Shown one piece after another: positions 21,265 through 31,991 of a DNA stretch of 64,000 nt (position 1 is the stretch's first letter; each line of letters begins with the position of its first letter). The notes below the pieces were generated by a model, which saw only the letters and a program-made list of their open reading frames with translations, searched no databases and was not told where the DNA came from. Origin of the DNA: an uncultured delta proteobacterium (GTDB lineage Bacteria; Myxococcota; Myxococcia; Myxococcales; Myxococcaceae); NCBI GenBank assembly GCA_963796055.1, contig CAWCKH010000004.1, positions 1,824,001 to 1,888,000 on the forward strand, in the 5' to 3' direction. A program made the position numbers and the translations under genes.

Positions 21265-23047
21265 TCACTTCAGACGGGAGAGGAGCAGCTTGCGCTGGAG
21301 CTGGAGCGTCTCCGGCGCGGTCTTGCCCAGCATCTCGAAGAACTCGCCCTCGTCGGTGAGCTCCTTCTTCCACTCGTCGTCGTGGATGGCGGTGGCCTCG
21401 TCCACCTTCTCGTGCGGGATGTCCAGCCCCGAGAGGTCCAGGTCACCGGCCTTGGGGACCCAGCCGAAGAAGGTCTCCTGGCCGCCGACGCGGACGTGCG
21501 CCCGGTCGACGATCCACTTCAGCACCCGCATGTTCTCGCCGAAGCCCGGCCAGAGGAACTTGCCGTCCTTCCCCTTCCGGAACCAGTTCACCTGGAAGAG
21601 CTTGGGCGGGTACGGAATCTTCTTCTGCATGTCCAGCCAGTGCTGGAGGTACTCGCCCATGTTGTACCCGCAGAAGGGGAGCATCGCCATCGGGTCGCGG
21701 CGCACGACGCCGACCTTCCCGGTCGCGGCAGCGGTGGTCTCCGAGCCGAGCGTGGCGCCGAGGAACACGCCGTGGGCCCAGTTGAAGCTCTGGAGCACCA
21801 GGGGAATGGTGGTCGCCCGGCGCCCGCCGAAGACGATCGCGCTGATCGGCACGCCCTCGGGGTCGTTGACGTGCTTGCTCAGCACCGGGTTGTTGGTCAT
21901 CGGCGCGGTGAAGCGCGAGTTGGGGTGGGCGGCCTTCTCGGTCGAACCCTTCTTCCAGGGCCGCCCCTGCCAGTCGGTGAGCTCGTCGGGGACCTCGCCG
22001 TCGATCCCCTCCCACCACACGTCACCGTCCTTGGTCATCGCGACGTTGGTGAAGATGGTGTCCCGGGCGATGGTCTTCATCGCGTTCGGGTTGGAGGCGA
22101 AGTTGGTGCCGGGCGCGACGCCGAAGTATCCGTTCTCCGGGTTGACCGCCCACAGCCGGCCGTCCTTGCCGACCCGCATCCAGGCGATGTCGTCGCCCAC
22201 GGTCCAGACCTTCCACCCCGCGAACCGCCTGGGGGGAATCATCATCGCGAAGTTGGTCTTCCCGCAGGCCGAGGGGAACGCACCGGTCACGTAGGTCATC
22301 TGACCGTCGGGGCTCTCGACGCCGAGGATCAGCATGTGCTCGGCGAACCAGCCCTCGTCCTTGCCCAGCCAGCTGCCGATGCGGAGGGCGAGGCACTTCT
22401 TGCCCAGCAGCGCGTTGCCGCCGTAGCCGGAGCCGAAGCTCCAGATGGTGTTGTCCTCGGGGAAATGACAGATGTACCGGCGCTCGGGGTTGAGATCGCC
22501 CGGTGCAGTGCAGGCCCCGGTTGAAGTCGTTGGAGTCGCCGAGCATGTCCAGCGCGGCCTTCCCCATGCGGGTCATGATCCGCATGTTGAGGACGACGTA
22601 GACGCTGTCGGTGATCTCGATGCCCACCTTCGAGATCGGCGAGCCGATCGGCCCCATGACATACGGGATGACGTACAGGGTCCGGCCCTTCATCGAGCCG
22701 TCGAAGAGCTTGGTCAGCTTCCCGTAGGCCTCGTCGGGAGGCATCCAGTTGTTGGTCGGCCCCGCGGCCTCCTTGGTCCTGGTGCAGATGAAGGTGAGGT
22801 GCTCCACCCGCGCCACGTCGTTGGGGTTCGAGCGGTGGAGGTAGCAGCCTGGCCGCTTCTGCGGATTGAGTGGGATCAGCACTCCGGTGTCGACCGCATG
22901 CTTCGTGAGGCGCTCCTTCTCGGCCTCCGACCCGTCGCACCACACGACGCGGTCCGGCTGGACGAGCGCGGCGCAATCGCGCACCCAGTCGAGCAGAGCC
23001 TTGTTCCGAGTCAGCGTCGTCGCGCTCCCGTCAATCTGGCTCGCCAT
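21265..23047 (-). CDS. pckG: Phosphoenolpyruvate carboxykinase (GTP), frameshift about 22500
   Basis: [39 protein letters not shown] and FGGRR, spread over two ORFs. Confidence 0.93.
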
Positions 23048-23308
23048 CAGTTCATCTCCCAAACGAATCCGTCCGGAGGGCCGTGTCTAATACATGCTCC
23101 GGGGGGTTGTGCCCGAATGTGTCGCTGAACCAGGGCGGCGCATCGGGTGAAGCACCTTGTGCGCTCATCCGGTGGATAAGCAAGGCCTGCGCGTGCTGAC
23201 GCGGCGCGAAAGCGCAGCGCATCGAACGCGGCCCGGGCTCGGCGGGCGAGCGCCGCAGGAGCAACGTGGCGTGCTCGGCCCTCGATGCCTCGGCAAGGCG
23301 CCCGGCGC

Positions 23309-23357
23309 GGTGTCAGACACCTCTGTCGAGACACCTCTGTCGAGACACCTCTGTCGA
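23309..23357. repeat. REP-like palindrome GGTGTC-A-GACACC followed by three tandem 14-bp units GACACCTCTGTCGA
   Basis: Palindrome at 23309-23321. Exact units at 23316-23329, 23330-23343 and 23344-23357. Confidence 0.9.
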
Positions 23358-23556
23358 CCGGTGCACGCGACCTGCTGGCCTGCTTCTGTGCCCTGCTCGT
23401 CACCGCCAGTCATCGAGCGGGGGTCTGTCCCGGCGTGCCCTTCGCACGAGCTCCTCCGGATCACGCGATTGTCGCCTCGGGACCCGCGCGCGTGGTGTGC
23501 GTGCGGGTGTGCCGGGCGGGGCCGTCAGGTGGGGACTGCTAACATCCGCCGCCCCG

Positions 23557-24999
23557 ATGGCTCTCCCTGCCGTGTCCTCCGGTTCCGAGACCCTGACCTA
23601 CACCCGTGACCACTCGAAGCGCCGCGCGCTGATCGGCTCGATCATCACCGGCACCACCATCGAGTGGTACGACTTCTACCTCTTCGGGACGCTGGGGGCG
23701 GTCATCGGGCCGCACTTCTTCCCGACCAGCAATGCCATCGTGGGGTGGCTCACCTGGCTCGCGACCTATGCCACCGGCTTTCTCATTCGACCTGTCGGGG
23801 CCGTGTACTTCGGACGGATGGGAGATCTCCGGGGGAGGAAGAGCGCCTTCCTCGCGACCCTGCTCCTGATGGGCGGAGCGACCACGGCCATCGGCCTGCT
23901 GCCAGGTTACGCGAAGATCGGGTGGGTTGCTCCGGCGCTGCTGGTCTTGATGAGACTGTTGCAGGGATTCGCTCTCGGCGGCGAATACGGCGGCGCGGTC
24001 ATCTACGTGGCCGAGAACGTCCCGGACGGCGAGCGCGGCTACTACACCAGCTACGTGCAAGTCACGGCAACGCTCGGGCTGTTCATCTCCATGCTCGTGC
24101 TCATGGCGGTCCGGACCTTCCTCGGTCCGGCGGAGTTCGCGGCCCGGGGATGGCGGCTTCCGTTCGTCTTCTCGCTGTTCCTGCTCGGCATCGCGGGCTG
24201 GGTTCGATCCCAGCTGGCCGAGTCCCCGCTCTGGGAACGGCTCCGGCGCGAGAACCGACTGGCGCGCGAACCACTGGTCGAGGCGGGACGGAACTGGAAG
24301 AAGCTGGCCCTGGCCCTCTTCGCCGCCACCGCCGGTCAGGGCGTCATTTGGTACACCGCCCAGTTCTTCTCGCTGCAGTTCATGACCAAGATGATCGGGG
24401 TCCCATTGGAGAAGGCCACGCTCATCCTCGCGGTGGCGCTCCTGTGCGGAATGCCGTTCTTCGTGGTCTTCGGCGCGCTGTCCGACGTCATCGGCCGCAA
24501 GCGGCTCATCGTGGTGGGCAATCTGCTCGCGGCGATCGGGTTCTTCCCCATCTACGTCGCGATGCAGAAGGTCTCCCATCCGCTGAACGAGGTGGCGATG
24601 ACCGCCCTGCTCTTCGTCCAGCTGCTCCTGGTCACGATGACCTACGGGCCGATCGCCGCCTTCCTGGTCGAGCTCTTCCCGGCCCGCTCGCGGTACGTCT
24701 CGCTCTCCATCCCGTACCACCTGGGCAACGGCATCTTCGGCGGGCTCACCGGGTACCTCGCCACGAGGATCGCGGTGGGCGCGAACAACATGTTCGTCGG
24801 GCTGGCGTTCCCTTGTACCGTGGCGCTGATCACCGCCGTGCTCGGAGCGCTCTTCCTGCCCGAGACGTCGAGGACCCGCATCTGGGCCGAAGTGCGCCAG
24901 CACGCGGGTTCCGGAACCGGTCCGTACCCGACCCGCGAGCCCACCGGCCCGCACGTGCGTCCTCCGAGCGGCGTCCACCTCGTCCCGCCGGAAGCCTGA
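23557..24999 (+). CDS. MFS transporter, metabolite:H+ symporter family
   Basis: IEWYDFY, FGRMGDLRGRK, QGFALGGEYGG, GWRLPF and LSDVIGRK. Confidence 0.93.
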   Translation: MALPAVSSGSETLTYTRDHSKRRALIGSIITGTTIEWYDFYLFGTLGAVIGPHFFPTSNAIVGWLTWLATYATGFLIRPVGAVYFGRMGDLRGRKSAFLATLLLMGGATTAIGLLPGYAKIGWVAPALLVLMRLLQGFALGGEYGGAVIYVAENVPDGERGYYTSYVQVTATLGLFISMLVLMAVRTFLGPAEFAARGWRLPFVFSLFLLGIAGWVRSQLAESPLWERLRRENRLAREPLVEAGRNWKKLALALFAATAGQGVIWYTAQFFSLQFMTKMIGVPLEKATLILAVALLCGMPFFVVFGALSDVIGRKRLIVVGNLLAAIGFFPIYVAMQKVSHPLNEVAMTALLFVQLLLVTMTYGPIAAFLVELFPARSRYVSLSIPYHLGNGIFGGLTGYLATRIAVGANNMFVGLAFPCTVALITAVLGALFLPETSRTRIWAEVRQHAGSGTGPYPTREPTGPHVRPPSGVHLVPPEA

Positions 25000-25018
25000 G
25001 GAGGCGCCTCCCCGGCGT

Positions 25019-25618
25019 TCAGTGAATCGCCGCGCGGATCGGCAGGCGGCGGACGAGCTCCGCCTCCGCCGCGAGGAGCTGCTCCAGCCGGACCGGCACT
25101 GCCTCCCCGTGCACCCGCGAGGCCAGGCGCAGGAACAGCGTCTGGTGACCGTCCTCGCTCCGCGCGAGCTCGCCGTAGAACCGGCGCAGGTCGGCGTCGG
25201 GGAGCCCCTCGGCGAGCAGCCCTAGGCGCTCGCAGCTCCGGGCCTCGATGATCGCGGCGACCAGGAACCGGTCCAGCTGCCGCTGGGCCGCGGGCGTCCG
25301 AACCAGGTCTTGAAGACCCTGGGCGTACGGATCTCCGGGGTCACGGCCGAGCGCCAGGCCCCGCCGCTCGAGCAGCTGGAGCACCCGCGCCAGGTGACTG
25401 CTCTCCTCCCGCGCCAGCCGCGCCATCTGCCCGGGCAGCCCCGGTACCTCGGGGTAGACCTGCAGCAACGACAGCGCGTTCGCCGCCGCCTTCTTCTCGC
25501 AGTGGGCGTGGTCGATCAGCACCTGGTCGAGGTGCCTGAGCGCCTGCCGGAGCCAGCGCGGATCCGTCTCGCAGCGGAGCGTGACGCGGGCGCCGTCGGC
25601 CGGAATCCGGGAGCTCAT
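25019..25618 (-). CDS. miaE: tRNA-(ms2io6A) hydroxylase
   Basis: DHAHCEKKAA, LAREESSH, IEARSCER and SEDGH di-iron motifs. Confidence 0.92.
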   Translation of the reverse strand: MSSRIPADGARVTLRCETDPRWLRQALRHLDQVLIDHAHCEKKAAANALSLLQVYPEVPGLPGQMARLAREESSHLARVLQLLERRGLALGRDPGDPYAQGLQDLVRTPAAQRQLDRFLVAAIIEARSCERLGLLAEGLPDADLRRFYGELARSEDGHQTLFLRLASRVHGEAVPVRLEQLLAAEAELVRRLPIRAAIH

Positions 25619-25668
25619 CGCCCGGGGGTCCTACCGCGCCCCGGGTCCGGCCGTCACCAGGGAGGGCC

Positions 25669-26616
25669 TCAGCGGAACAGGATCCGCTGGACGTGGTCCG
25701 GGTCCACCGGCACCGGCGCCCGCGGGAGCCGATCCAGCGCGAACCCGGACACCAGCGACTCGAGCGAGACGGGCCCTCCGTCGCCCAGCCCTGCCCATCC
25801 GGCGAGCAGACCGATGAGGCGCCCGGGGGCCACGCCCCGTTCCCGCAGCTCGCGGAGGCTCGGCGTCCCGGCGCGCTTCGCGAGCCGCTTGCCATCCGGG
25901 CCGAGGAGCAGCGGGACGTGCGCGTACGCCGGTACCGGAAGCCCGAGCGCCTGGCAAAGCTGCACCTGCCGCGGGGTGGAGGCGAGCAGGTCGTCGCCGC
26001 GGAGCACGTGGGTGATGCCCATTGCGGCGTCGTCGACCACCACCGCCAGCTGGTAGCTGGGGACCCCGTCGTTCCGGAGAACCACGAAGTCGCCCACCTC
26101 CTGCGCCACGTCCTGGACGAAGCTCCCGTGGAGCAGGTCGTGCACCTCGGTCGGTCCCTCATGCGGGCGGAAGCGCCATGCCGGGGGACGTCGTCGGGCC
26201 CGCTCGGCGCTCTCCTCCGCGGCGAGGCCCAGGCAGGTGCCCGGATAGCGTGGTCCCTCGTCGGCCGGGCCGTGGGGGGCGGCGACCGCGCGGGCAATCT
26301 CGCTCCGCGTGCAGTGACAGGGGTAGACCCGCCCGGCGGCCAGGAGCCGGTCGAGGGCACCCCGGTAGAGGGCCAGCCGCTCGCTCTGCCGGACGGGAGT
26401 GCCGTCGAAGCCGAGCCCGAGCCAGTGCAGGTCGGCGAGGAGCGCCTCGGTGAGCTCGGGTCGCGACCGTGCCGTGTCCAGGTCCTCGATGCGCAGGAGG
26501 AATTCCCCGCCCCGGGAGCGGGCCCACAGCCAGCCGAGCACCGCCGCCCAGGCATTGCCGAGGTGGAGCCGCCCGGTGGGACTCGGGGCGAACCGGCCGC
26601 GATGGGTCGCCGTCAC
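25669..26616 (-). CDS. gluQ: Glutamyl-Q tRNA(Asp) synthetase
   Basis: GRFAPSPTGRLHLGN, LRIEDLD, YQLAVVVDD and RLAKR. No anticodon-binding domain. Confidence 0.92.
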   Translation of the reverse strand: MTATHRGRFAPSPTGRLHLGNAWAAVLGWLWARSRGGEFLLRIEDLDTARSRPELTEALLADLHWLGLGFDGTPVRQSERLALYRGALDRLLAAGRVYPCHCTRSEIARAVAAPHGPADEGPRYPGTCLGLAAEESAERARRRPPAWRFRPHEGPTEVHDLLHGSFVQDVAQEVGDFVVLRNDGVPSYQLAVVVDDAAMGITHVLRGDDLLASTPRQVQLCQALGLPVPAYAHVPLLLGPDGKRLAKRAGTPSLRELRERGVAPGRLIGLLAGWAGLGDGGPVSLESLVSGFALDRLPRAPVPVDPDHVQRILFR

Positions 26617-26686
26617 GCTATGGGAAGACGTGCCACACCCCCCCTGTGACCCGCAATCCCGACCTTTGCTAAGAGCCCGGCGCTCG

Positions 26687-27541
26687 ATGCGGTTCCTCCA
26701 CTTCTCCGACGTCCACGTCACCGCCGACTACCGGCAGAAGGGACTGCTGCGGCTCGGATGGCGCCGGTGGCTCGCCCTGGGGGAGCTGACGTTCGGCGGC
26801 CGGGCCCGGGCCTTCGCCCGCGCGCCACAGACCATCCGCCGCATCCTCCAGGACGCCACCACCCTCGAGGTGGACCACGCCATCCTCTCCGGAGACCTGA
26901 CCGCCTACGCGCTGCCCGAGGAGTTCCAGGGGGCGCGGGAAGCCCTGGGCGAGTGGGCGGATGAGCCGCGCCGCTTCACGGTCATCCCCGGGAACCACGA
27001 CCGGTACACCCCGGGCGCCCACCGCACCCGCCGCTTCGAGCAGAGCTTCGGGAACCTCCTGGTCTCCGACCTGCCCGACGTGGCGGTCGAGGAGGGCTTC
27101 CCGTTCGTGCGGCTCCTCGGCGAGCACGACGCGGTGATTGGGCTGCAGTCGGCCCGGGTGCCGTACTTCCCCGGGCTCTCGTACGGCATCGTGGGCCGGA
27201 GGCAGCGGGAAGCGCTGGCGGCGCTCGTTCGTCGCCCCGAGCTCGCCGGCCGCGCGGTGCTGGTGGTCGTCCACCACGCCCCCTTCGGACAGCTGGGCAA
27301 ACCCGACCGGTTGCTCCACGGCCTGGTCGACGCCCCGGCCCTCCTGGCGCTGCTCCCGGGCGAGCGGTTCGCGCTGCTTCACGGGCACATCCACCAGCGG
27401 TACCACTTTCCCGCCACCGAGCACCGGCCTCACATCTTCGGCGCGGGCTCGTCGACCGAGGCGGGGCACGAGGGCTACTGGCTCATCGAGACCTCGGGCG
27501 GGCGCATCGCCCACTGCGAGAAGCGAAGCCTCGCCGCCTGA
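26687..27541 (+). CDS. Metallophosphoesterase
   Basis: SDVH, SGDLT, PGNHD and LHGHIH. Confidence 0.9.
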   Translation: MRFLHFSDVHVTADYRQKGLLRLGWRRWLALGELTFGGRARAFARAPQTIRRILQDATTLEVDHAILSGDLTAYALPEEFQGAREALGEWADEPRRFTVIPGNHDRYTPGAHRTRRFEQSFGNLLVSDLPDVAVEEGFPFVRLLGEHDAVIGLQSARVPYFPGLSYGIVGRRQREALAALVRRPELAGRAVLVVVHHAPFGQLGKPDRLLHGLVDAPALLALLPGERFALLHGHIHQRYHFPATEHRPHIFGAGSSTEAGHEGYWLIETSGGRIAHCEKRSLAA

Positions 27542-27669
27542 CCGGCCCCCCTCGCAGCGAGCGCCGGCACGGGATCGCTCCAGAGGCCCGGGAAGCGCCC
27601 ACGGGCGGCGCAGAGCGAGGGCGCGGTGACGAGGCGACCGGGTGAGCGACGGGCGGGTGTCCCGGCCCA

Positions 27670-29043
27670 TCAGCCCGCGGCGGCCGAGACCGGCGCTCCC
27701 GCGCGCGGCGGCGCGATGCTCTCCGCCAGCGCGAGCGACTCGCGCACGCAGTCGGCGATCCCCGGTCCGCGGAAGGCGTTCCCGGCGAGGAGCAGCCGCG
27801 GATGGCTCCGCAAGGTGGTGGCGATCGCATCCATCCGGGCCTGGTGCCCGACCTCGTACTGCGGAATCGCCTGCGGCCAGCGCACGATTCTCACCAGATC
27901 TGGTGGCCGGGTGACGTGGAGCATCGTCGCGAGCTCGGCGCGGACCAGCTCCACCAGCTCCGGGTCGGGCAGCGCCGCCCACTCGGCCCCGTGCGCCCCG
28001 CCGACGAGCGTGGTGAGCAACGTTCCGCCGCCGGGTGCGCGGAACGGGTAGGCCGAGGAGACGAAGATCACTCCCAGGACCCGCCGTCGCTCGCGCGCCG
28101 GCACCAGCACCCCGAAGCCCTGCGGGTCCGGGTCGAGCGCGGGGCGCCAACCGAAGTGCACCACCGAGACCGGCACCGAGTGGATTGCCTCCAGCGCGGT
28201 GGCGATGCTCGCGTCCAGTGGCCGCAGGAGCTCGGCCGAGACCCGCGGCGGGACGGCGAGGACGACGCGCTCGAACCGCTCCGCGCCACCGTCCCAGCGG
28301 ACCTGCCAGCCTCCGGCCGCAGGCTCCAGCGCCTGGATCCTCACTCCGAGCCGGACCGCGTCTCCCAGCGCGGCACCGAGCGCCCGCGGCAGCGTCTCCA
28401 GTCCCCCGTCGAAGGAGGCGAGTCGCGGAGCCGCCGTCCGCGGTCCACCGCGGCGCATGGCCCGGGCCGCGAGGAGCAGGCTCCGGTGGCCGCGCTCCAT
28501 CTCGTGCAGGCGGGGGAAGGCCGCGCGCACGCTCAGCCGTTCGGAGTCACCGGCGAAGATGCCGGTCTGCACCGCGTCGAGCAGCGTCTCGGTGACGTGG
28601 CGACCGAGGTGTCTCCGGCCGAACTGGGCCAGGCTCTCGTCCACTCCGTGCGGTCCGCGACGGCTGAATGGCTCGAGGAGCAGTCGCAGCTTGGCCCACC
28701 AGGGGACGATGCTCGAGACGAGGAGCTGGGGCGGCTTCGTGGGGAGGAACCGGAGCTTGCCCCGGACGAAGAGCGCGCGACGCTCGGCCGCGGCCGAGGC
28801 TGGCCGCAGCTGCTCGGCGATCCCCAGACGCTCCGCGACCCGGGCCACCGCTCCTTCCCGGTCGAGCAATCCGTTCGGGCCTGCCTCGAGCACGAACCCA
28901 TCGTCGAGCCAGGAGCGGATCTGTCCGCCGACGCGGTCGGAGGCCTCGAGCACCGTCACCGCGGTGCCGCGGTCGCGCAGCGCCCAGGCGAGCGTCAGGC
29001 CCGAGATACCAGCTCCGACCACGGCGGTGCGCAGGTGTGGCAC
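27670..29043 (-). CDS. hemG: Protoporphyrinogen oxidase (HemY-type)
   Basis: VGAGISGL, LEAGPN, GIFAGD, QGFGVLVP and AIPQYEVGH. Confidence 0.92.
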   Translation of the reverse strand: MPHLRTAVVGAGISGLTLAWALRDRGTAVTVLEASDRVGGQIRSWLDDGFVLEAGPNGLLDREGAVARVAERLGIAEQLRPASAAAERRALFVRGKLRFLPTKPPQLLVSSIVPWWAKLRLLLEPFSRRGPHGVDESLAQFGRRHLGRHVTETLLDAVQTGIFAGDSERLSVRAAFPRLHEMERGHRSLLLAARAMRRGGPRTAAPRLASFDGGLETLPRALGAALGDAVRLGVRIQALEPAAGGWQVRWDGGAERFERVVLAVPPRVSAELLRPLDASIATALEAIHSVPVSVVHFGWRPALDPDPQGFGVLVPARERRRVLGVIFVSSAYPFRAPGGGTLLTTLVGGAHGAEWAALPDPELVELVRAELATMLHVTRPPDLVRIVRWPQAIPQYEVGHQARMDAIATTLRSHPRLLLAGNAFRGPGIADCVRESLALAESIAPPRAGAPVSAAAG

Positions 29044-29121
29044 GGCACGTTCCTACTCCATCGCCCGGGGAGGGGCGCGCTTTCCCTCGCGGGCCGGATG
29101 GGCGGTGCTTATCTCACCCGC

Positions 29122-29802
29122 ATGCGCTTCGTCGTCACCGGTGCCAACCGGGGGATCGGGCTGGAGTTCGTCAAGCAATTGACAGCGCGAGGCGAGGAGG
29201 TCGACGCGACCGCCCGCGACCCCGAGGACGCCTCCGAGCTGCGTGCCCTGGTGCAGCCGGGCGCCCGCCTCCGGGTCCACCGGCTCGACGTGGCGGACGA
29301 CGCGAGCGTCGCCGCATTCGCCGAGCAGCTGCCGCCGGGCCCGGTGGACGTGTTGATCAACAATGCCGGGGTCTCGGGGGTGAAGGGCGGGGAGCCAATC
29401 GATCCCGCCGACATCCTCCGCGTCTTCAACGTGAACGCGGTGGGCTCGCTCCGGGTGGTGCGCGCGCTCCTGCCTCGGCTGCGCGCAGGCAGGGGCAAGA
29501 AGATCGCCAACCTCACCAGCGTGCTGGGCAGCATCAGCGAGGCCACCGGCGGGCGCTACGCCTACCGGATGAGCAAGGCGGCGCTGAACATGGCCACCCG
29601 GCTGCTGGCGGAGGATCTGCGCGGCGAGGGATTCCGCGCCGTGGCGCTGCATCCGGGCTGGGTGCAGACCCGCATGGGCGGAAGCGCCGCGCCGGTGCCG
29701 CCCGAGCAGTCCGTCCGCGGGCTGCTCCGCATCATCGACGGCCTCACTGCCGAGCAGAGCGGTCGCACCTTCGACTTCCAGGGACGGGAGATTCCCTGGT
29801 GA
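29122..29802 (+). CDS. SDR oxidoreductase (CsgA/SocA-like)
   Basis: TGANRGIGLEF, INNAG, YRMSKAALN and LHPGWVQT. Confidence 0.9.
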   Translation: MRFVVTGANRGIGLEFVKQLTARGEEVDATARDPEDASELRALVQPGARLRVHRLDVADDASVAAFAEQLPPGPVDVLINNAGVSGVKGGEPIDPADILRVFNVNAVGSLRVVRALLPRLRAGRGKKIANLTSVLGSISEATGGRYAYRMSKAALNMATRLLAEDLRGEGFRAVALHPGWVQTRMGGSAAPVPPEQSVRGLLRIIDGLTAEQSGRTFDFQGREIPW

Positions 29803-29878
29803 CGCCGCGCCTCCGGGCTCAGCCCCCCGCACCAGGGGGACGCCTGCGGAGCGGCGCAGGGGCGCCGCGCGTCCAGGC

Positions 29879-30460
29879 TCAGGGGTAGAGCCGCTCCTCC
29901 GTCCACGGCGCTTCGCGCGACACACGGCGGAACAGGTGCCGGTCGTGCAGGCGGAACGGGCCGGACTTCCAGAACTCGATGCGGTCCGGCTCCAGCCGGA
30001 ATCCGGACCAGTTCCGGGGGCGGGGAACCTCGCGCCCGGCGTACCGGGCCTCCACCTCCGCCACCGCCGCCTCGAGGACCGCGCGGCTGGCCAGCGGCTC
30101 GCTCTGTCTCGAGGCCCAGGCGCCGATCTGGCTCCCGCGCGGGCGGGTGGCGAAGTACGCATCGGCCTCCTCGTCCGAGACCTGCGTCGCCCGGCCCTCG
30201 ATCCGCACCTGCCGCTCCAGGGGCTTCCAGTGGAAGCTGAGCGCGGCCCAGGGATTGGCCCGCAGCTCGCGGAACTTCCGCGAGTCGAGGTTGCCGTAGA
30301 ACACGAAGCCCTCGCGGTCGAAGCCCTTGAGGAGCACCACCCGCGCGCTGGGTCGTCCCCCCGGTCCCACCGTGGAGAGCACCATGGCGTTGGGGTCCAC
30401 CGGGACCGCGGCCTCGGCCTCACGGAACCACTCCTCGAATTGCTGAAACGGGTCCGTCAT
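29879..30460 (-). CDS. pdxH: Pyridoxamine 5'-phosphate oxidase
   Basis: PSARVVLLK, RQVRIEG, RPRGSQIGAWAS and IEFW...RLHDR. Confidence 0.96.
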   Translation of the reverse strand: MTDPFQQFEEWFREAEAAVPVDPNAMVLSTVGPGGRPSARVVLLKGFDREGFVFYGNLDSRKFRELRANPWAALSFHWKPLERQVRIEGRATQVSDEEADAYFATRPRGSQIGAWASRQSEPLASRAVLEAAVAEVEARYAGREVPRPRNWSGFRLEPDRIEFWKSGPFRLHDRHLFRRVSREAPWTEERLYP

Positions 30461-30531
30461 GCGGCCCTCCATACCAGAGGCGGGCCGCACTCGGGCGTTG
30501 ACGGCTTTCCAGCAGCGGGCATGGTGGGCCG

Positions 30532-31974
30532 ATGAAGATTCTCTACGTCGCCTCCGAGGCCGCGCCCTACAGCAAGTCGGGCGGCCTGGGCGACGTGGCG
30601 CACGCGCTGCCGCGCGCGCTGTCGGCGAGAGGGCACCAGGTCCGGGTGGTGACGCCGCTCTATGCCTCGGCCCGGGTGACCAACGCCGAGGACTCCGGAC
30701 GCTCCATCCGGTTGCGCTTCCCCTTCGGCGAGCAGCGCGCCGCGATCCGGCTGGCCCGTCCGGCCCCCCGCCACGAGGTCTGGTTCCTGGACCATCCGGG
30801 ATTCTTCGCTCGCCCCGGTCTCTACGGCGACTCGAGCGGGGAGTACGGCGACAACCACCGGCGCTTCGCCTTCCTCTCGGTGGGTGCGCTCGCCGCGGCG
30901 CAGGTGATGCAGTTCGCGCCGGACGTGGTGCACCTCAACGACTGGCAGACTGGGCTCGCCGCGCTGGCGCTGGCGCGCGGGTTCCGCGGCACCGCGGTGG
31001 GAGAGGCGAGCAGCCTCTTCACCATCCACAACCTCGCCTACCAGGGGCTGTTCCCCAAGGAGGTGATGGGGGACCTGGGTCTGCCCTGGGATGTCTTCAC
31101 CCCCTCGGGCCTCGAGTTCTACGACCAGGCGAACTTCATGAAGGCCGGCCTGGCCTTCGCCGACGCGCTGAGCACGGTGAGCCCCACCTACGCCCAGGAG
31201 ATCCAGACCGAGGGTTACGGCTGCATGCTGGAGGGGACGCTCCGGGCGCGGGCCCACGATCTGCACGGCATCCTCAACGGCATCGACGTGCACGAGTGGG
31301 ACCCGCGGGCCGACCCGTACCTCCCCGCGCCCTTCGACGTGGACGACCTGTCGGGGAAGGCGGTCTGCAAGGCCGAGCTGCGGCATCGCTTCGGGTTGCC
31401 GGATCCGGACTACGTCTCCAGTGCGCCGCTGTTCGGCGTCATCACCCGGCTCACCGGGCAGAAGGGCATCTCGCTGCTGCTGGAGGCGATTCCCACCTTG
31501 CTCGACCGCGGGGCCGAGGTGGTGGTGCTCGGCAACGGCGAGCGATGGTACGAGGACGGGCTGCGGGCGCTGGCCGCGGCTCGCCCCGACGGGTTTCGCG
31601 CCTTCATCGGCTTCGACCCCTCGCTCTCCCACCTGGTGGAGGGCGGGGCGGACTTCTTCCTGATGCCCTCGCTCTACGAGCCCTGCGGGCTGAACCAGAT
31701 GTACTCGCTGCGGTACGGGACGGTGCCGGTGGTGCGGGCCACCGGGGGCCTCGAGGACACGGTGCGGGACGCGGACCTCCCTGGCGGCACCGGCTTCAAG
31801 TTCGGCGACTTCGACGTGGGTGGGCTGCTCTGGGCGAGCGGTCGAGCGATGGACTGGTGGTGGCATCGGCGTGACGCGCTCGATGCGCTGCGGTTGCGCG
31901 GGATGGCCCAGGACTGGTCATGGGAGAGCTCGGCCGCGGCCTATGAACAGCTGTACGCCTCGCTCCCCGGCTGA
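30532..31974 (+). CDS. glgA: Glycogen synthase
   Basis: [24 protein letters not shown] and EPCGLNQMY. Confidence 0.96.
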   Translation: MKILYVASEAAPYSKSGGLGDVAHALPRALSARGHQVRVVTPLYASARVTNAEDSGRSIRLRFPFGEQRAAIRLARPAPRHEVWFLDHPGFFARPGLYGDSSGEYGDNHRRFAFLSVGALAAAQVMQFAPDVVHLNDWQTGLAALALARGFRGTAVGEASSLFTIHNLAYQGLFPKEVMGDLGLPWDVFTPSGLEFYDQANFMKAGLAFADALSTVSPTYAQEIQTEGYGCMLEGTLRARAHDLHGILNGIDVHEWDPRADPYLPAPFDVDDLSGKAVCKAELRHRFGLPDPDYVSSAPLFGVITRLTGQKGISLLLEAIPTLLDRGAEVVVLGNGERWYEDGLRALAAARPDGFRAFIGFDPSLSHLVEGGADFFLMPSLYEPCGLNQMYSLRYGTVPVVRATGGLEDTVRDADLPGGTGFKFGDFDVGGLLWASGRAMDWWWHRRDALDALRLRGMAQDWSWESSAAAYEQLYASLPG

Positions 31975-31991
31975 TACGACCCCGGGCCGGC

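Noticed and set aside
23316..23357. Tandem array considered as a mini CRISPR
   Set aside because: The units are 14 bp and contiguous, with no spacers and no cas genes.
29803..29882. Imperfect 20-bp direct repeat (18/20) between the SDR gene and pdxH
   Set aside because: Only two GC-rich copies with no associated element, so there is not enough support for a function.
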